Source of the DNA: an uncultured Candidatus Rokubacteria bacterium | GTDB taxonomy: Bacteria; Methylomirabilota; Methylomirabilia; Rokubacteriales; DASRDR01 | NCBI GenBank assembly: GCA_963805625.1 | Contig: CAWDVE010000010.1 | Coordinates: forward strand, 1,408,001-1,472,000 | Length of the DNA stretch: 64,000 nt | Reading direction: 5' to 3' | In this document: piece after piece, positions 50,288 through 59,620 of the stretch | How the letters are laid out: each line of letters begins with the position of its first letter | How positions within the stretch are numbered: position 1 is the first letter of the stretch | Program-made: the position numbers and the translations under genes | Notes under the pieces: generated by a model | Told to the model about the DNA's origin: nothing | What the model saw: the letters and a program-made list of their open reading frames with translations, nothing else | Database searches by the model: none

Positions 50288-50844
50288 GATCCACCCCCCA
50301 TCTGCGCAAAGAACGCCTGCGCCCGCCGCCCAATCTCGCGCGCCGAGAGGTTCTCCTTGTGGGTCGCGAGACCCCATTCGTGGCCGAACGGATCGGCGAC
50401 CTTGGCGTAGCGGTCTCCCCAGAACATGTCGGCAGCCGGCATCCGCACCTCGGCGCCGGCCGCCACGGCCCGCTGATAGGCCCGGTCGACGTCCCTGACG
50501 TAGATGTGCAGTGTGCCCGTGGTCCCGCCGAGAGTCTGCGGAGCGCGGCAGCCCATGTCCGGGAACTCGTCGGCCAGGAACACGATGGAGTTCCCGATCT
50601 GGAGCTCCGCGTGCATGATGGACTTGCCGTCCGGCCCGGGCATGCGCCCGCGCTCCCGGGCGCCGAAGGCACGCTTGTAGAAGTCGATCGCCTCGGCCGC
50701 GCCGCGCACGGTGAGATGGGGTGTCACTGTATGGTAGCCCCTGGGAATCGCCGACACCCTGGCCTCTCCGCGCCTCTTCTGCCGCTGTTTCGTGATGCCC
50801 CGCTTCGGTCGCGCCGGCCGCTTCCCCGTGGACGTCTTCTTCAT
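50284..50844 (-). CDS. VOC/glyoxalase family protein (PhnB-like)
   Basis: AIDFYKRAFGA, HAELQIG, DMFWGDRY..DPFGHEW. Confidence 0.9.
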   Translation of the reverse strand: MKKTSTGKRPARPKRGITKQRQKRRGEARVSAIPRGYHTVTPHLTVRGAAEAIDFYKRAFGARERGRMPGPDGKSIMHAELQIGNSIVFLADEFPDMGCRAPQTLGGTTGTLHIYVRDVDRAYQRAVAAGAEVRMPAADMFWGDRYAKVADPFGHEWGLATHKENLSAREIGRRAQAFFAQMGGGS

Positions 50845-50917
50845 GGAGTGTCCGTCCTTTCTCGACGGCCCGGCGGCCGCCTGTAACCGCTCGCCACTTC
50901 CACGGGACCTGCTCCGC

Positions 50918-52198
50918 TCAGCTTCGACCGGCGCGCCGGTCCACGACCCGGACCGCCTTCCCCACCGGCCGCGGGATCTCCCCGAGGGCCATCGGCCGGA
51001 TCTCCGGCGTGAGACTGAGCCGGTCGCTCAGTTCGCGCAAGAGCCGGGTTTCGGCGACCCGGTCGAAGGCCGGCCCTGCCTCGACGCACAGGACCAGATG
51101 GTCGCCGCGCTCGGCATCTCGGTCCAGCACGATCTGGTACTCGTGGTCCAGCCCCGGCTGGCGGAGAAGGATCTGCTCGACCTGACTCGGGTAGAAGTTG
51201 ATACCCTTGAAGATGACCATGTCGTCCGTGCGGCCGTGAAAGCGGTCGAGGCGGACGCCCGTGCGCCCGCACGCGCACCGCTCGCGCGATCGGACGCGCG
51301 TGACGTCGCGGGTCCGGTAGCGGACCAGGGGCAGACCCTGCCTCGTGAGGGTGGTCACCACCAGCTCGCCCCGGTCGCCATCCGGGAGGAGCCGGCCCGT
51401 TCCCGGATCGACGATCTCCGGCAGATAGTGGTCGTCCCAGACGTGGATCCCGTCCCGGGCCAGGCACTCGATGCCCATCCCCGGTCCGCCGGTCTCCGTC
51501 ATCCCGATGAGGTCGTGCGTTCGGACGCCCATCTCGGCCTCGATCCGGGCCCGTAGCTCGTCCGACCAGGGCTCCGACCCGAGGACGGCCACCCGGAGCT
51601 TCGTCGACCGGAAGTCGAATCCCTCCTGCCGCGCCACCTCGATCATGCGAAGCGGATACGTCGCGATCGCCGCGAGCGCGGTCGCCCGGAGGTCTCGCAG
51701 GAGCTGGAGCTGCAGGAGCGTCCGCCCCGCCCCCACCGGGATCACCATGGCCCCGAGCGCCTCGGCCCCGAAGTGGAAGCCGAAGCCGCCCGTGAACAGG
51801 CCGAAGGACGCCGTCACCAGCAGGATGTCCGCCGCGGTCAGGCCCGCCGCGACCAGCGAGCGCGCCATGATCTCCCGCCACTGGCCGATGTCGGCCTCCG
51901 TGTACGGGTTGACGATCGGCGCCCCGGTCGTGCCGGAGGACATCTGGACCCGGCGGACCGGCTCGTCCCCGTGACAGGCCATCCCGTACGGGTAGGCATC
52001 GCGGAGCTGCTCCTTCGTAAGGAGCGGCAGCCGCCGGAGGTCGTCGAGCGATGCGAGATCGGTGGCAGCGATCTCGCCCAAGTGACGGCGATAGGCCGGG
52101 TTGTGTGCCCCGATGCGGGCAACCGTCTCGCGGAGCCGTTCGAGCTGGATGGCCTGGAGGGCCTCTCGATCACGCGTCTCTTCGGCAGGCTGGAACAC
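50918..52198 (-). CDS. Phenylacetate--CoA ligase family protein (PaaK-like)
   Basis: SSGTTG, GLFTGGFGFH, PLVRYRTRD, GRTDDM..KGINFYP. Confidence 0.9.
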   Translation of the reverse strand: MFQPAEETRDREALQAIQLERLRETVARIGAHNPAYRRHLGEIAATDLASLDDLRRLPLLTKEQLRDAYPYGMACHGDEPVRRVQMSSGTTGAPIVNPYTEADIGQWREIMARSLVAAGLTAADILLVTASFGLFTGGFGFHFGAEALGAMVIPVGAGRTLLQLQLLRDLRATALAAIATYPLRMIEVARQEGFDFRSTKLRVAVLGSEPWSDELRARIEAEMGVRTHDLIGMTETGGPGMGIECLARDGIHVWDDHYLPEIVDPGTGRLLPDGDRGELVVTTLTRQGLPLVRYRTRDVTRVRSRERCACGRTGVRLDRFHGRTDDMVIFKGINFYPSQVEQILLRQPGLDHEYQIVLDRDAERGDHLVLCVEAGPAFDRVAETRLLRELSDRLSLTPEIRPMALGEIPRPVGKAVRVVDRRAGRS

Positions 52199-52636
52199 GG
52201 GTAGGCGGTCCTGGATCAGCCGGACGCGCCCGGGACCTGGAACATCTGGACCGAGGCGACGGGCTCTTCAGTCGATCGCCGGCGAGGCGAGCTTCCTCCG
52301 CGGCGCGGTAGAACCCCCAGCACTCCGGGCGTGAGCCAGTGACCCAGGAACCGCATCACGGGCTCGACGGTGAGCGAGGTTCGTTCACTGGCGCTTCCTC
52401 CGCCTGATGGCCCCTGCTGGCGCCCTGGCAACATACGGCCCGCTGAACTCCCGGCCAGGAACGGCCTCCATTGTATGTCAGGACCCGGGGCGGGCGCCGA
52501 TTGGGCCCTCTTCCTGTGACCCTGCCGCCGGGGCCGGACCTCGACAGCGGCGGAATCCCGGCGCGGCCAGGACGCGTCCAATAGACGGCGTCAGAAGCCG
52601 GGCGGCTCGTCGTCCGGCCGACGCCGGGAGGATCAG

Positions 52637-52975
52637 ATGACGAACACGGCTTCCGACTCCGCCACGCTTCCACTGACGGAGCGCAACTTCTCAGAGATCG
52701 TGGCGGCGACGCCGCTTCTCCTGGTGGACTTCTGGGCCCCCTGGTGCGGTCCGTGCCGCGCGGTCGCCCCGGTGCTCGAGGAGTTCGCCCGCGCCGAGAC
52801 CGGCCGCGTGGTCGTGGCCAAGGTCAACGTGGACGAGGAGCCGACCCTGGCCCAGCGCTACGGCGTCCAGGCCATTCCGACGCTCCTCTTCTTCAAGGAC
52901 GGCCAGGTCGTCGACACCGTGGTCGGCGCGCCGCCGAAGGCCGAGCTGGCCCGCCGCCTCACCGCTCTCGCCTGA
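52637..52975 (+). CDS. trxA: Thioredoxin
   Basis: DFWAPWCGPC, IPTLLFFKDG. Confidence 0.93.
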   Translation: MTNTASDSATLPLTERNFSEIVAATPLLLVDFWAPWCGPCRAVAPVLEEFARAETGRVVVAKVNVDEEPTLAQRYGVQAIPTLLFFKDGQVVDTVVGAPPKAELARRLTALA

Positions 52976-53053
52976 CGAGAGCCCCGAGCCCGCGGGCTCC
53001 TGAGAGCCCGCGGTCGCTTCGGGTCGTGCTCAGCCGATCGTGTAGGTTTCCTG

Positions 53054-53611
53054 GTGAGCCGCACTCTGAACGTACGCTGGCAGGACTGGTCGGGCGAGGG
53101 GCTCGAGCATCTCTCCCTCCGGGACGCGCCGGACGGCATCAGCGCGGAGTCCGTGGTCCTCGGTCCTCCCGGCGTCGAGGTCTTCGCCGCCCGGTACCGG
53201 ATCCTCTGCGACGTCAGGTGGCGAGTCCGGCGCCTCGAGGTGAGCCTCGTCGGCCGGGACCGCGCGCTCGAGCTCTCGAGCGACGGTGCCGGTCGCTGGA
53301 CCGATCACTCGGGGGTGCCGCGCCCCGACCTCGCGGGGGCGATTGACGTCGACATTTCGGCGACGCCCTTCACGAACACACTGCCCGTCCGCCGCCTCGG
53401 GCTCGGGAGCGGGCAGTCGGAGACGATCCGGGTCGTCTACGTCCGCCTTCCCGATCTCACGGTCTCGATCGATCGCCAGCGCTACACGTGCCTTGAGTCC
53501 ATGCGGCGCTACCGGTACGAGTCCGTCGACTCGGACTTCACTCGTGAGATCGAGGTCGACGATGACGGGCTCGTCGTGACCTATCCCGGGCTCTTCCGCC
53601 GGACGCTCTGA
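53054..53611 (+). CDS. Putative glycolipid-binding domain protein
   Basis: GLEHL, DVDISATPFTNTLPVRRL, QRY, VDDDGLVVTYPGLF. Confidence 0.82.
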   Translation: MSRTLNVRWQDWSGEGLEHLSLRDAPDGISAESVVLGPPGVEVFAARYRILCDVRWRVRRLEVSLVGRDRALELSSDGAGRWTDHSGVPRPDLAGAIDVDISATPFTNTLPVRRLGLGSGQSETIRVVYVRLPDLTVSIDRQRYTCLESMRRYRYESVDSDFTREIEVDDDGLVVTYPGLFRRTL

Positions 53612-53688
53612 CCGCCGCTCGAGCTCCCGGGCCACCGCCTTGCGGGCAACTCCGGCCACCCGTATCCTCGCGTCCGGAGGGAGCGCGC

Positions 53689-54954
53689 ATGAGAGTACTC
53701 GTCCTGGGGGCAGGCATCGCCGGAGTCACGGCCGCGTACTACCTGGCGAAGGACGGACATGAGGTCACGTTACTCGAGGAGCAGGACGGCGTCGGGCAGG
53801 AGGCGAGCGCCGGCAATGCGGGCATCATCGCGCCGGGCCATTCCTTCGCGTGGGCCTCCCCGAAGGCTCCGGGGATGCTCCTCCGCTCGCTCCTCGGCCA
53901 CGAGACCGCGATCCGAGTGCGTCCACGCCTGGACCCCGCCCTCATGGCGTGGGGTCTCCGGTTCCTCCGCGAGTGCACCGCGGCACGCGCGCAGCGGAAC
54001 ACGATCGTCAAGCTCCGCCTCTGCCAGTACAGCCAGGCCGTGATGACCGAGCTGGTGAGCGCCGAAGGGATCGAGTACCACGCCGTGAATCGCGGCGCGC
54101 TCTATCTCTTCCGGGACCCCCGGGAGCTGGAGGCCGGCGTCCGGAAGATGGCGCTCCTGGCCGAGCACGGGCAGCGCCAGGAAGTCCTGGACCCCGGGCA
54201 GGTCGCGCGGCTCGATCCCGCCTTCGAGCCGGTCCGGAGCAGGATCGCGGGCGCCGTACGCGACGTCGGCGACTCGAGCGGCGACTCGCGGCTGTTCACG
54301 GAGAGCCTGGCCCGGATCTGCCGCGACAAGCTGGGCGTGACCGTACGGCTCGGCGTGCGCGTCACCGCTCTCCGTGCGGAGGCGGACCGCGTCACGGCCG
54401 CCGTGACCAGCGCCGGCGTGTTCACGGCCGATGCCTACGTCCTCGCCCTCGGCGTCGGTGCGCCGCTTGTCGCACGCACGATCGGTGTCCGACTCGGGAT
54501 CTACCCCGCCAAGGGTTACTCCTCGACGTTCCCCGTCCGGACGGACGGTCTCGCGCCGACTGTCCCGGGCGTCGACGAGCAGTGGCTCGTGGGCTGGTCC
54601 CGACAGGGGGACCGCCTCCGGCTCACCTCCACGGCCGAGTTCGCCGGCTATGACCGGAGCCACACCCCGCGCGACTTCAACAACATCCTCCGACTCGCGC
54701 GGGATCTCTTCCCCACCGCTGCCGACTGGGAGCGGGGGCAGTTTCGCGCGTGCCTCAGGCCGATGACCCCGGACGGGCCACCGGTGCTGGGGCGAGGACG
54801 TCATCAGAACCTCTACTTCAATGCCGGCCACGGGCACATGGGCTGGACCATGGCGTTCGGCACGGCGCGGATCGTGACAGATCTGGTCGCCGGGCGAAGG
54901 CCCGATCACGATCCGGACGGACTCGGGCCTCGGGCGGTCGCCGGGGGGCTGTGA
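53689..54954 (+). CDS. dadA: D-amino acid dehydrogenase (DadA-like)
   Basis: VLGAGIAG, SAGNAG, YPAKGYS, LRPMTPDG, NAGHGHMGWT. Confidence 0.85.
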   Translation: MRVLVLGAGIAGVTAAYYLAKDGHEVTLLEEQDGVGQEASAGNAGIIAPGHSFAWASPKAPGMLLRSLLGHETAIRVRPRLDPALMAWGLRFLRECTAARAQRNTIVKLRLCQYSQAVMTELVSAEGIEYHAVNRGALYLFRDPRELEAGVRKMALLAEHGQRQEVLDPGQVARLDPAFEPVRSRIAGAVRDVGDSSGDSRLFTESLARICRDKLGVTVRLGVRVTALRAEADRVTAAVTSAGVFTADAYVLALGVGAPLVARTIGVRLGIYPAKGYSSTFPVRTDGLAPTVPGVDEQWLVGWSRQGDRLRLTSTAEFAGYDRSHTPRDFNNILRLARDLFPTAADWERGQFRACLRPMTPDGPPVLGRGRHQNLYFNAGHGHMGWTMAFGTARIVTDLVAGRRPDHDPDGLGPRAVAGGL

Positions 54955-55000
54955 GCCGTACCGGCGGCGCCGGATCCGGTTCGAATCGTGCCGGGTGTCG

Positions 55001-55292
55001 ATGAATCGGGGGACCGGCCTCGGCTTCGCCGGCGGCGTGGCGATCGCCGTTCTGGTCGCGCTCGCGCTCCGCCGGGCGCCTACAGAACAACGTCATGGCA
55101 GCCAGACGAGGTGGTGCTCGGCCCGCATGAGATCGCCATTCCTCGGGATTTCCCTCCCGGTCGGTACACCCTCCGGATCAGGCTCTGGGACCCACGAGGG
55201 ATCGAGCCCTGCGCCCGCGAGCCGAGGGGCACGGCACCCGGAGTCGCTGGCTCACCCTGACGGAGATCGAGGTCCAGCCCGTATCCCCGTGA
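55001..55292 (+). pseudogene. Internally deleted membrane-protein remnant
   Basis: N-terminal TM (MNRGTGLGFAGGVAIAVLVALALRR) out of frame with YRTTSWQPDEVV..IPRDFPPGRYTLRIRLWDP and RWLTLTEIEV. Confidence 0.5.
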
Positions 55293-55304
55293 GGGAACGT
55301 TGGC

Positions 55305-55332
55305 TTGACACGCAACATCTGATGAGTACTAT
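55305..55332 (+). promoter_or_regulatory. Sigma70 promoter directly upstream of alkB-like start
   Basis: TTGACA-N16-TACTAT, then 6 nt to ATG 55339; no Shine-Dalgarno. Confidence 0.7.
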
Positions 55333-55338
55333 ATCCCC

Positions 55339-55962
55339 ATGCAGGCGCTCACGGAACAAGTCAGCTTGTTCGGTTCCGGGGAACCTCGCCTGGACCCCCG
55401 TCTCCCCGGTCTCCGCCGCCTGGCACTCGGGGCGGGAGCCTGGGTGGATCACCTGCCCGGCTGGCTCGAGGGGCACGACGCGGTGTTCGACACGCTGCGC
55501 CGGACGACACGGTGGGAGCATCATCGGCGCCAGATGTACGAGCGGGTCGTCGACGTCCCGCGCCTGGTCGCGGAGCTACCGGAGGACGGTCCCGGACACC
55601 CCGTGGTCGCGCAGGCCGCCGAGGTACTGTCGCACCGCTACGGCCTCGCACTCGCCCGCATCTCTCTCGCGTATTACCGGGACGGCCGTGACAGCCTCGC
55701 CTGGCACGGCGACCGTCTCGGACGCCTGGTCGACGACACGGTGGTTGCGATCCTCTCCCTGGGAGAGCCGCGGCGGTTCCTGCTGCGCCCTGCCGCGGGA
55801 GGCGCGTCGCGCGCCTTCGAGCTTGGCTGGGGCGATCTCCTGGTCATGGGCGGCAGCTGCCAGCGGACGTGGCAGCACGCCGTCCCGAAGATGGCCCTCG
55901 CGGGGCCGCGGATGAGTGTCCAGTTCCGGCCGGACGTGGAGGAGGCGAAGGGCCGGTCCTAA
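55339..55962 (+). CDS. AlkB family 2OG-Fe(II) dioxygenase
   Basis: YRDGRDSLAWHGD (HxD), SLG, GDLLVMGG..Q..WQHAVPK, RMSVQFR. Confidence 0.9.
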   Translation: MQALTEQVSLFGSGEPRLDPRLPGLRRLALGAGAWVDHLPGWLEGHDAVFDTLRRTTRWEHHRRQMYERVVDVPRLVAELPEDGPGHPVVAQAAEVLSHRYGLALARISLAYYRDGRDSLAWHGDRLGRLVDDTVVAILSLGEPRRFLLRPAAGGASRAFELGWGDLLVMGGSCQRTWQHAVPKMALAGPRMSVQFRPDVEEAKGRS

Positions 55963-55998
55963 ACGGTCCGGGGTGAACGGCGCCCGGGTCCACGGTGG

Positions 55999-56328
55999 TC
56001 AGGCGCGGTCCACCAGTACGAACAGACAGCCCGTCTCCGAATACACGTCCTCATCGACCGTTCCGGCGCTGGCAACACTTGCCCAGCCAGGGCCCAGGTG
56101 ACGTCCAGCCTGGACGAGCTCGCCTTCCAGGATGAACAGGAACTCCGGGCCCTCGTGGGTGTGGGTCGGAAAACGCGCGCCTGGCTCGAAGCGAACGATC
56201 TGCATCTCCCATCCATCCGTGACGGCCACATCCTTCACGAGGACCCCGGCAGCCATCGTCGATGGCCGCCAGGCAAGATCGTCGGTTCGCACCGATCTGA
56301 AGCCGTCAGTCCCGAGCTCGCTCATCAT
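55999..56328 (-). CDS. Cupin domain protein (ChrR-like)
   Basis: FPTHTHEGPEFLFILEG. Confidence 0.82.
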   Translation of the reverse strand: MMSELGTDGFRSVRTDDLAWRPSTMAAGVLVKDVAVTDGWEMQIVRFEPGARFPTHTHEGPEFLFILEGELVQAGRHLGPGWASVASAGTVDEDVYSETGCLFVLVDRA

Positions 56329-56393
56329 CCACTCCGTTCCGACCTACAGACGGGATTCGCCGGGCGTGAACATCGCGCCTGGTCCGGAACGGG

Positions 56394-57173
56394 TCACGCG
56401 CCCGTGAAGCGAGGCGGGCGCTTCGCGAGGAACGCGTCCATTCCTTCCCGCGCATCGGCCGTGCGGATCAGCTCCGACACGGCCTCCGCCTCGAGCGCGA
56501 GGCCCTCGTCGAGCGGCCGGCCGTACCCGCGATAGACGCAACGCTTCAGGAGGCCGATCGCGCTCGTGGGGCCGGCCGCCAGGCGCTCCGCGACATCGCG
56601 TGCGGTCTGCGGGAGGAGGCCTGCCGGCACGACCTCGTCGACGAGCCCGAGGGCGCGTGCCTCGTCCGCCGCGAGCCGGCGCCCTTCCATCATGAGCCGG
56701 AGCGCCCGCGCCGGTCCCACCAAGCGAGTCAGGCGTTGAGTGCCGCCGGCGCCCGGGAAGAAGCCGAGCCGGATCTCGGGGAACCCGATCTCCCCGCCTC
56801 GCGCCATCAGCCGGACGTCGCAGGCGAGCGCGAGCTCCGCCCCGCCGCCGAGCGCGTAGCCGTTGATGGCCGCGACCACCGGCTTCTCCATCGCCTCGAG
56901 GCCCGCCTGCACGTCCACCCATCGGCGTGCCCGGCGCTGGTTCTCCGGCGAGAGGTCCTGCAGCATGGCGATGTCGGCGCCGGCACAGAAACGCCGTTCC
57001 TGACCGGTGAGAATCACGGCCCGCACGGCGCGATCGGCGGCCAGCTCGGCGACGACCTCGAGGAACTCGTCGATCACCTCGAGGTCGACCGCGTTGACCG
57101 GCGGCCGATCGAGTGCGACGGTCGTGACGCCACCGGCCTGCGTGACGGAGAGGTGGCGAAGCGCGTCGGTCAT
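56394..57173 (-). CDS. Enoyl-CoA hydratase/isomerase family protein
   Basis: FCAGADI, GYALGGGAELALACD, PEIRLG..PGAGGTQRL. Confidence 0.93.
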   Translation of the reverse strand: MTDALRHLSVTQAGGVTTVALDRPPVNAVDLEVIDEFLEVVAELAADRAVRAVILTGQERRFCAGADIAMLQDLSPENQRRARRWVDVQAGLEAMEKPVVAAINGYALGGGAELALACDVRLMARGGEIGFPEIRLGFFPGAGGTQRLTRLVGPARALRLMMEGRRLAADEARALGLVDEVVPAGLLPQTARDVAERLAAGPTSAIGLLKRCVYRGYGRPLDEGLALEAEAVSELIRTADAREGMDAFLAKRPPRFTGA

Positions 57174-57226
57174 CCTGGCTCCTCCTCACGCGTCCGGCCG
57201 CCTTGGGCCCGACAGGGGCCCACGCG

Positions 57227-57961
57227 TCAGACGCCCCAGCCTCCGCTCACGTGGATGTTCGCTCCGGTCACGTAGCCGGCGTCCTCGGACAGGAGGAAGC
57301 GCGCCGCGGCGACCACGTCGCCGACCTGCCCGAGGTGCCCCGCGGGAATGCGCTGGAGCAGGGCATCGAGGTCGGGACGCGGATAGCCCGGCGTCTCCAG
57401 GATCCCGGGAGAAACTGCATTCACGGTGACGCCGTGCGGGGCGAGGACCTTGGCCAGCGACCGCACCAGTATGAGCAGGCCGGCCTTCGCGATGTAGTAG
57501 GCGGTGACGTTGGGCTGGGCGGCGAGGCGGTCAGCCGTCGCGAGACCGAGCCCCAGGATCCGACCCCATCGCCGCGCTTGCATCCCTGGCGCCGCCGCCT
57601 GCGCGAGGAAGAGAAGCGGGTCGAGGTTCTGGCGGAAGGTCTCCCGCCACCGGTCCGGCGTCTCCTCGAGGAGCGGCCCCTCGTGGTACGGCCCGGCCCC
57701 GTGCACGAGGGCGTCCAGGCGCCCCCAGGCCTCCTCCACTCGCGCGACGAGCGCCCGCACCTCGGCAGCCTCGCCGAGATCCGCCTGCAGCGCGAGCGCC
57801 GGCACTCCCACGGCCTCGATGGCGGCTCGAGTTTCCTCCGCCGCGCGCGCGTCCGTCCGGAACGAGATGGCGACAGACCACCCCTGGCGGGCGAGATCGA
57901 GCGCGATGCCGCGGGCGATGCCGCGCGTCGCGCCCGTGACGAGCGCCACCCGCCCAGGCAT
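57227..57961 (-). CDS. Short-chain dehydrogenase/reductase
   Basis: TGATRGI, YYIAK (YxxxK), VNAVSPG, YVTG. Confidence 0.9.
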   Translation of the reverse strand: MPGRVALVTGATRGIARGIALDLARQGWSVAISFRTDARAAEETRAAIEAVGVPALALQADLGEAAEVRALVARVEEAWGRLDALVHGAGPYHEGPLLEETPDRWRETFRQNLDPLLFLAQAAAPGMQARRWGRILGLGLATADRLAAQPNVTAYYIAKAGLLILVRSLAKVLAPHGVTVNAVSPGILETPGYPRPDLDALLQRIPAGHLGQVGDVVAAARFLLSEDAGYVTGANIHVSGGWGV

Positions 57962-58446
57962 CAGTTCAGGCGCCCGCGGAGCGTGTGGAGCGCCTTGCGG
58001 GCCTCGACATCAGCCGGAGCCGCGCGCACCGCGCCCTCGAACTCGCGAAGGGCGTCCCACCAGCGGCCCTGTCGGAGGTGGATCCGCCCAAGGTTCATGT
58101 AGGGAAACTGCCGCGGCTCGTAGCGTTTCGCGAGCTTGGCCTTCTCGAGCCAGGGGATCGCGTCGTCCAACCGATCGCGCTGCATCAGGTAGACGCCGAT
58201 GTCGTTGTAGGGGTTACCGAACTCCGGGTCGATCTCGATCGCCCGCATGCACTCGGCCGTCGCCTCGTCGATCTTCCCCTGGAAGCTGTACGTCCAGCCG
58301 AGGTACGTGTGCGCCTCGGCCGTCGGGTGGACCTCGATCGAGCGCCGGTAGGCCTCGATGGCCCGGTCGAGCTCGCCCGCCATCTGGAGGCGGCAGCCCT
58401 CCTGCCAGAGCTCGGCCGCTCGCCGGACCGCGTCCTCGTCGCTCAC
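57961..58446 (-). CDS. TPR repeat protein
   Basis: AEAHTYLGWTYS, GNPYNDIG, PYMNLGR repeats; start inferred at GTG 58446. Confidence 0.88.
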   Translation of the reverse strand: MSDEDAVRRAAELWQEGCRLQMAGELDRAIEAYRRSIEVHPTAEAHTYLGWTYSFQGKIDEATAECMRAIEIDPEFGNPYNDIGVYLMQRDRLDDAIPWLEKAKLAKRYEPRQFPYMNLGRIHLRQGRWWDALREFEGAVRAAPADVEARKALHTLRGRLN

Positions 58447-58481
58447 CAGCCTATCCTCACCATCCTGGGACGGATCGCGCA

Positions 58482-58590
58482 CGTTGGATCGGACGGACTC
58501 GATCCAACGGATCTCATCGTCTAACGAATCTCATCGGACGACCTTGATCGCACAGATTTGACTGGATCGATTGGACGGGGTTGATTGGAC
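58482..58590. repeat. Hairpin plus degenerate short tandem repeats
   Basis: CGTTGGATCG-N8-CGATCCAACG; AACG(G/A)ATCTCATCG twice at 17-nt period; GATTGGACGG twice. Confidence 0.55.
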
Positions 58591-58648
58591 GGCCTTCGGC
58601 CTGTGGCGGCCTGTGGGCGGCTCGGGCCGGACCGCGGCGGTTTGCGGT

Positions 58649-59620
58649 TCACGATGCGAAGTGGCAGGCGACACGGTGGGCGGTACCGAGAACACGCAGG
58701 ATCGGAGGCTCCACTCGGCAGCGGGACTCCGCGATCGGACAGCGTGGATGGAACCGGCACCCCGGCGGGATCGAGAGCGGGCTCGGCGGGTCGCCCGAGA
58801 GCACGGGCGGCCGCCAGATCACCGCCGGATCGGGCGGCGGCACCGACGCCCGGAGCACCCGCGTGTAGGGATGAAGCGGCCGCTCGAACAAGGCATCGGT
58901 CGGAGCCTCCTCGACGACCTGGCCCAGGTACATGACCGCCACCCGGTCCGCCACTTGCCGCACCACCGCGAGGTCATGGGAGATGAAGAGGTACGCGACG
59001 CGAAACTCGGTCTGGAGCTCGCGGAGGAGCGCGAGGACCCGGAGCTTTACCGTCACGTCGAGCCCTGACGTGATCTCGTCGGCGACGACCAGATCCGGGT
59101 GGAGCGCGAGGGCGCGCGCGATCGCGATGCGCTGACGCTGGCCGCCCGAGAACTCGTGGGGGTAGCGGCGAGCCGCGTCCGGCGGCAGCCCTACCCGCTG
59201 GAGGAGATCGGCGACCATGACGGCATGATCACCCGGGATCTGATGGACGGCGAGGGGCTGCCCGACGATCGCGCCCACCGGCCGCCGAGGGTTGAGCGAG
59301 GCGTAGGGGTTCTGGAAGACGATCTGCATTCGCCGGCGGAGCGGACGGAGCGCCGCTTGCGAGAGTCGCGTGATCTCCTGGCCGCCCAGGTGGATCTCGC
59401 CGCCGGTCGGATCGACCAGCCGGAGAATGGTCCGGCCGAGCGTCGTCTTCCCGGAGCCCGACTCCCCGACGAGCCCGAGGGTCTCCTGGCGCCCGAGCGC
59501 GAGGCTCACGCCGTCGACGGCGCGCAGCCACCGGGTCGGCCGGAGCCAGCCGCCGCGGCGGAAGTGCGTCCGGAGATCCCGAGTCTCGAGGAGTGGCGCG
59601 TCCTTCGTGTCGGCGCTCAC
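58649..59620 (-). CDS. Oligopeptide/dipeptide ABC ATP-binding protein (OppF/DppF-like)
   Basis: GESGSGKT, FSGGQRQR, HPYT, GCRFHPRC. Confidence 0.92.
   Translation of the reverse strand: MSADTKDAPLLETRDLRTHFRRGGWLRPTRWLRAVDGVSLALGRQETLGLVGESGSGKTTLGRTILRLVDPTGGEIHLGGQEITRLSQAALRPLRRRMQIVFQNPYASLNPRRPVGAIVGQPLAVHQIPGDHAVMVADLLQRVGLPPDAARRYPHEFSGGQRQRIAIARALALHPDLVVADEITSGLDVTVKLRVLALLRELQTEFRVAYLFISHDLAVVRQVADRVAVMYLGQVVEEAPTDALFERPLHPYTRVLRASVPPPDPAVIWRPPVLSGDPPSPLSIPPGCRFHPRCPIAESRCRVEPPILRVLGTAHRVACHFAS

Noticed and set aside
52216-52400. Small minus-strand ORF with an in-frame TGA followed by Cys, upstream of the paaK-like gene (possible selenoprotein)
   Set aside because: No known selenoprotein motif or convincing SECIS; equally explained by frameshifted or non-coding sequence.
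58506-58590. Mini-CRISPR interpretation of the short repeats
   Set aside because: Units are too short, adjacent and degenerate, with no spacers.
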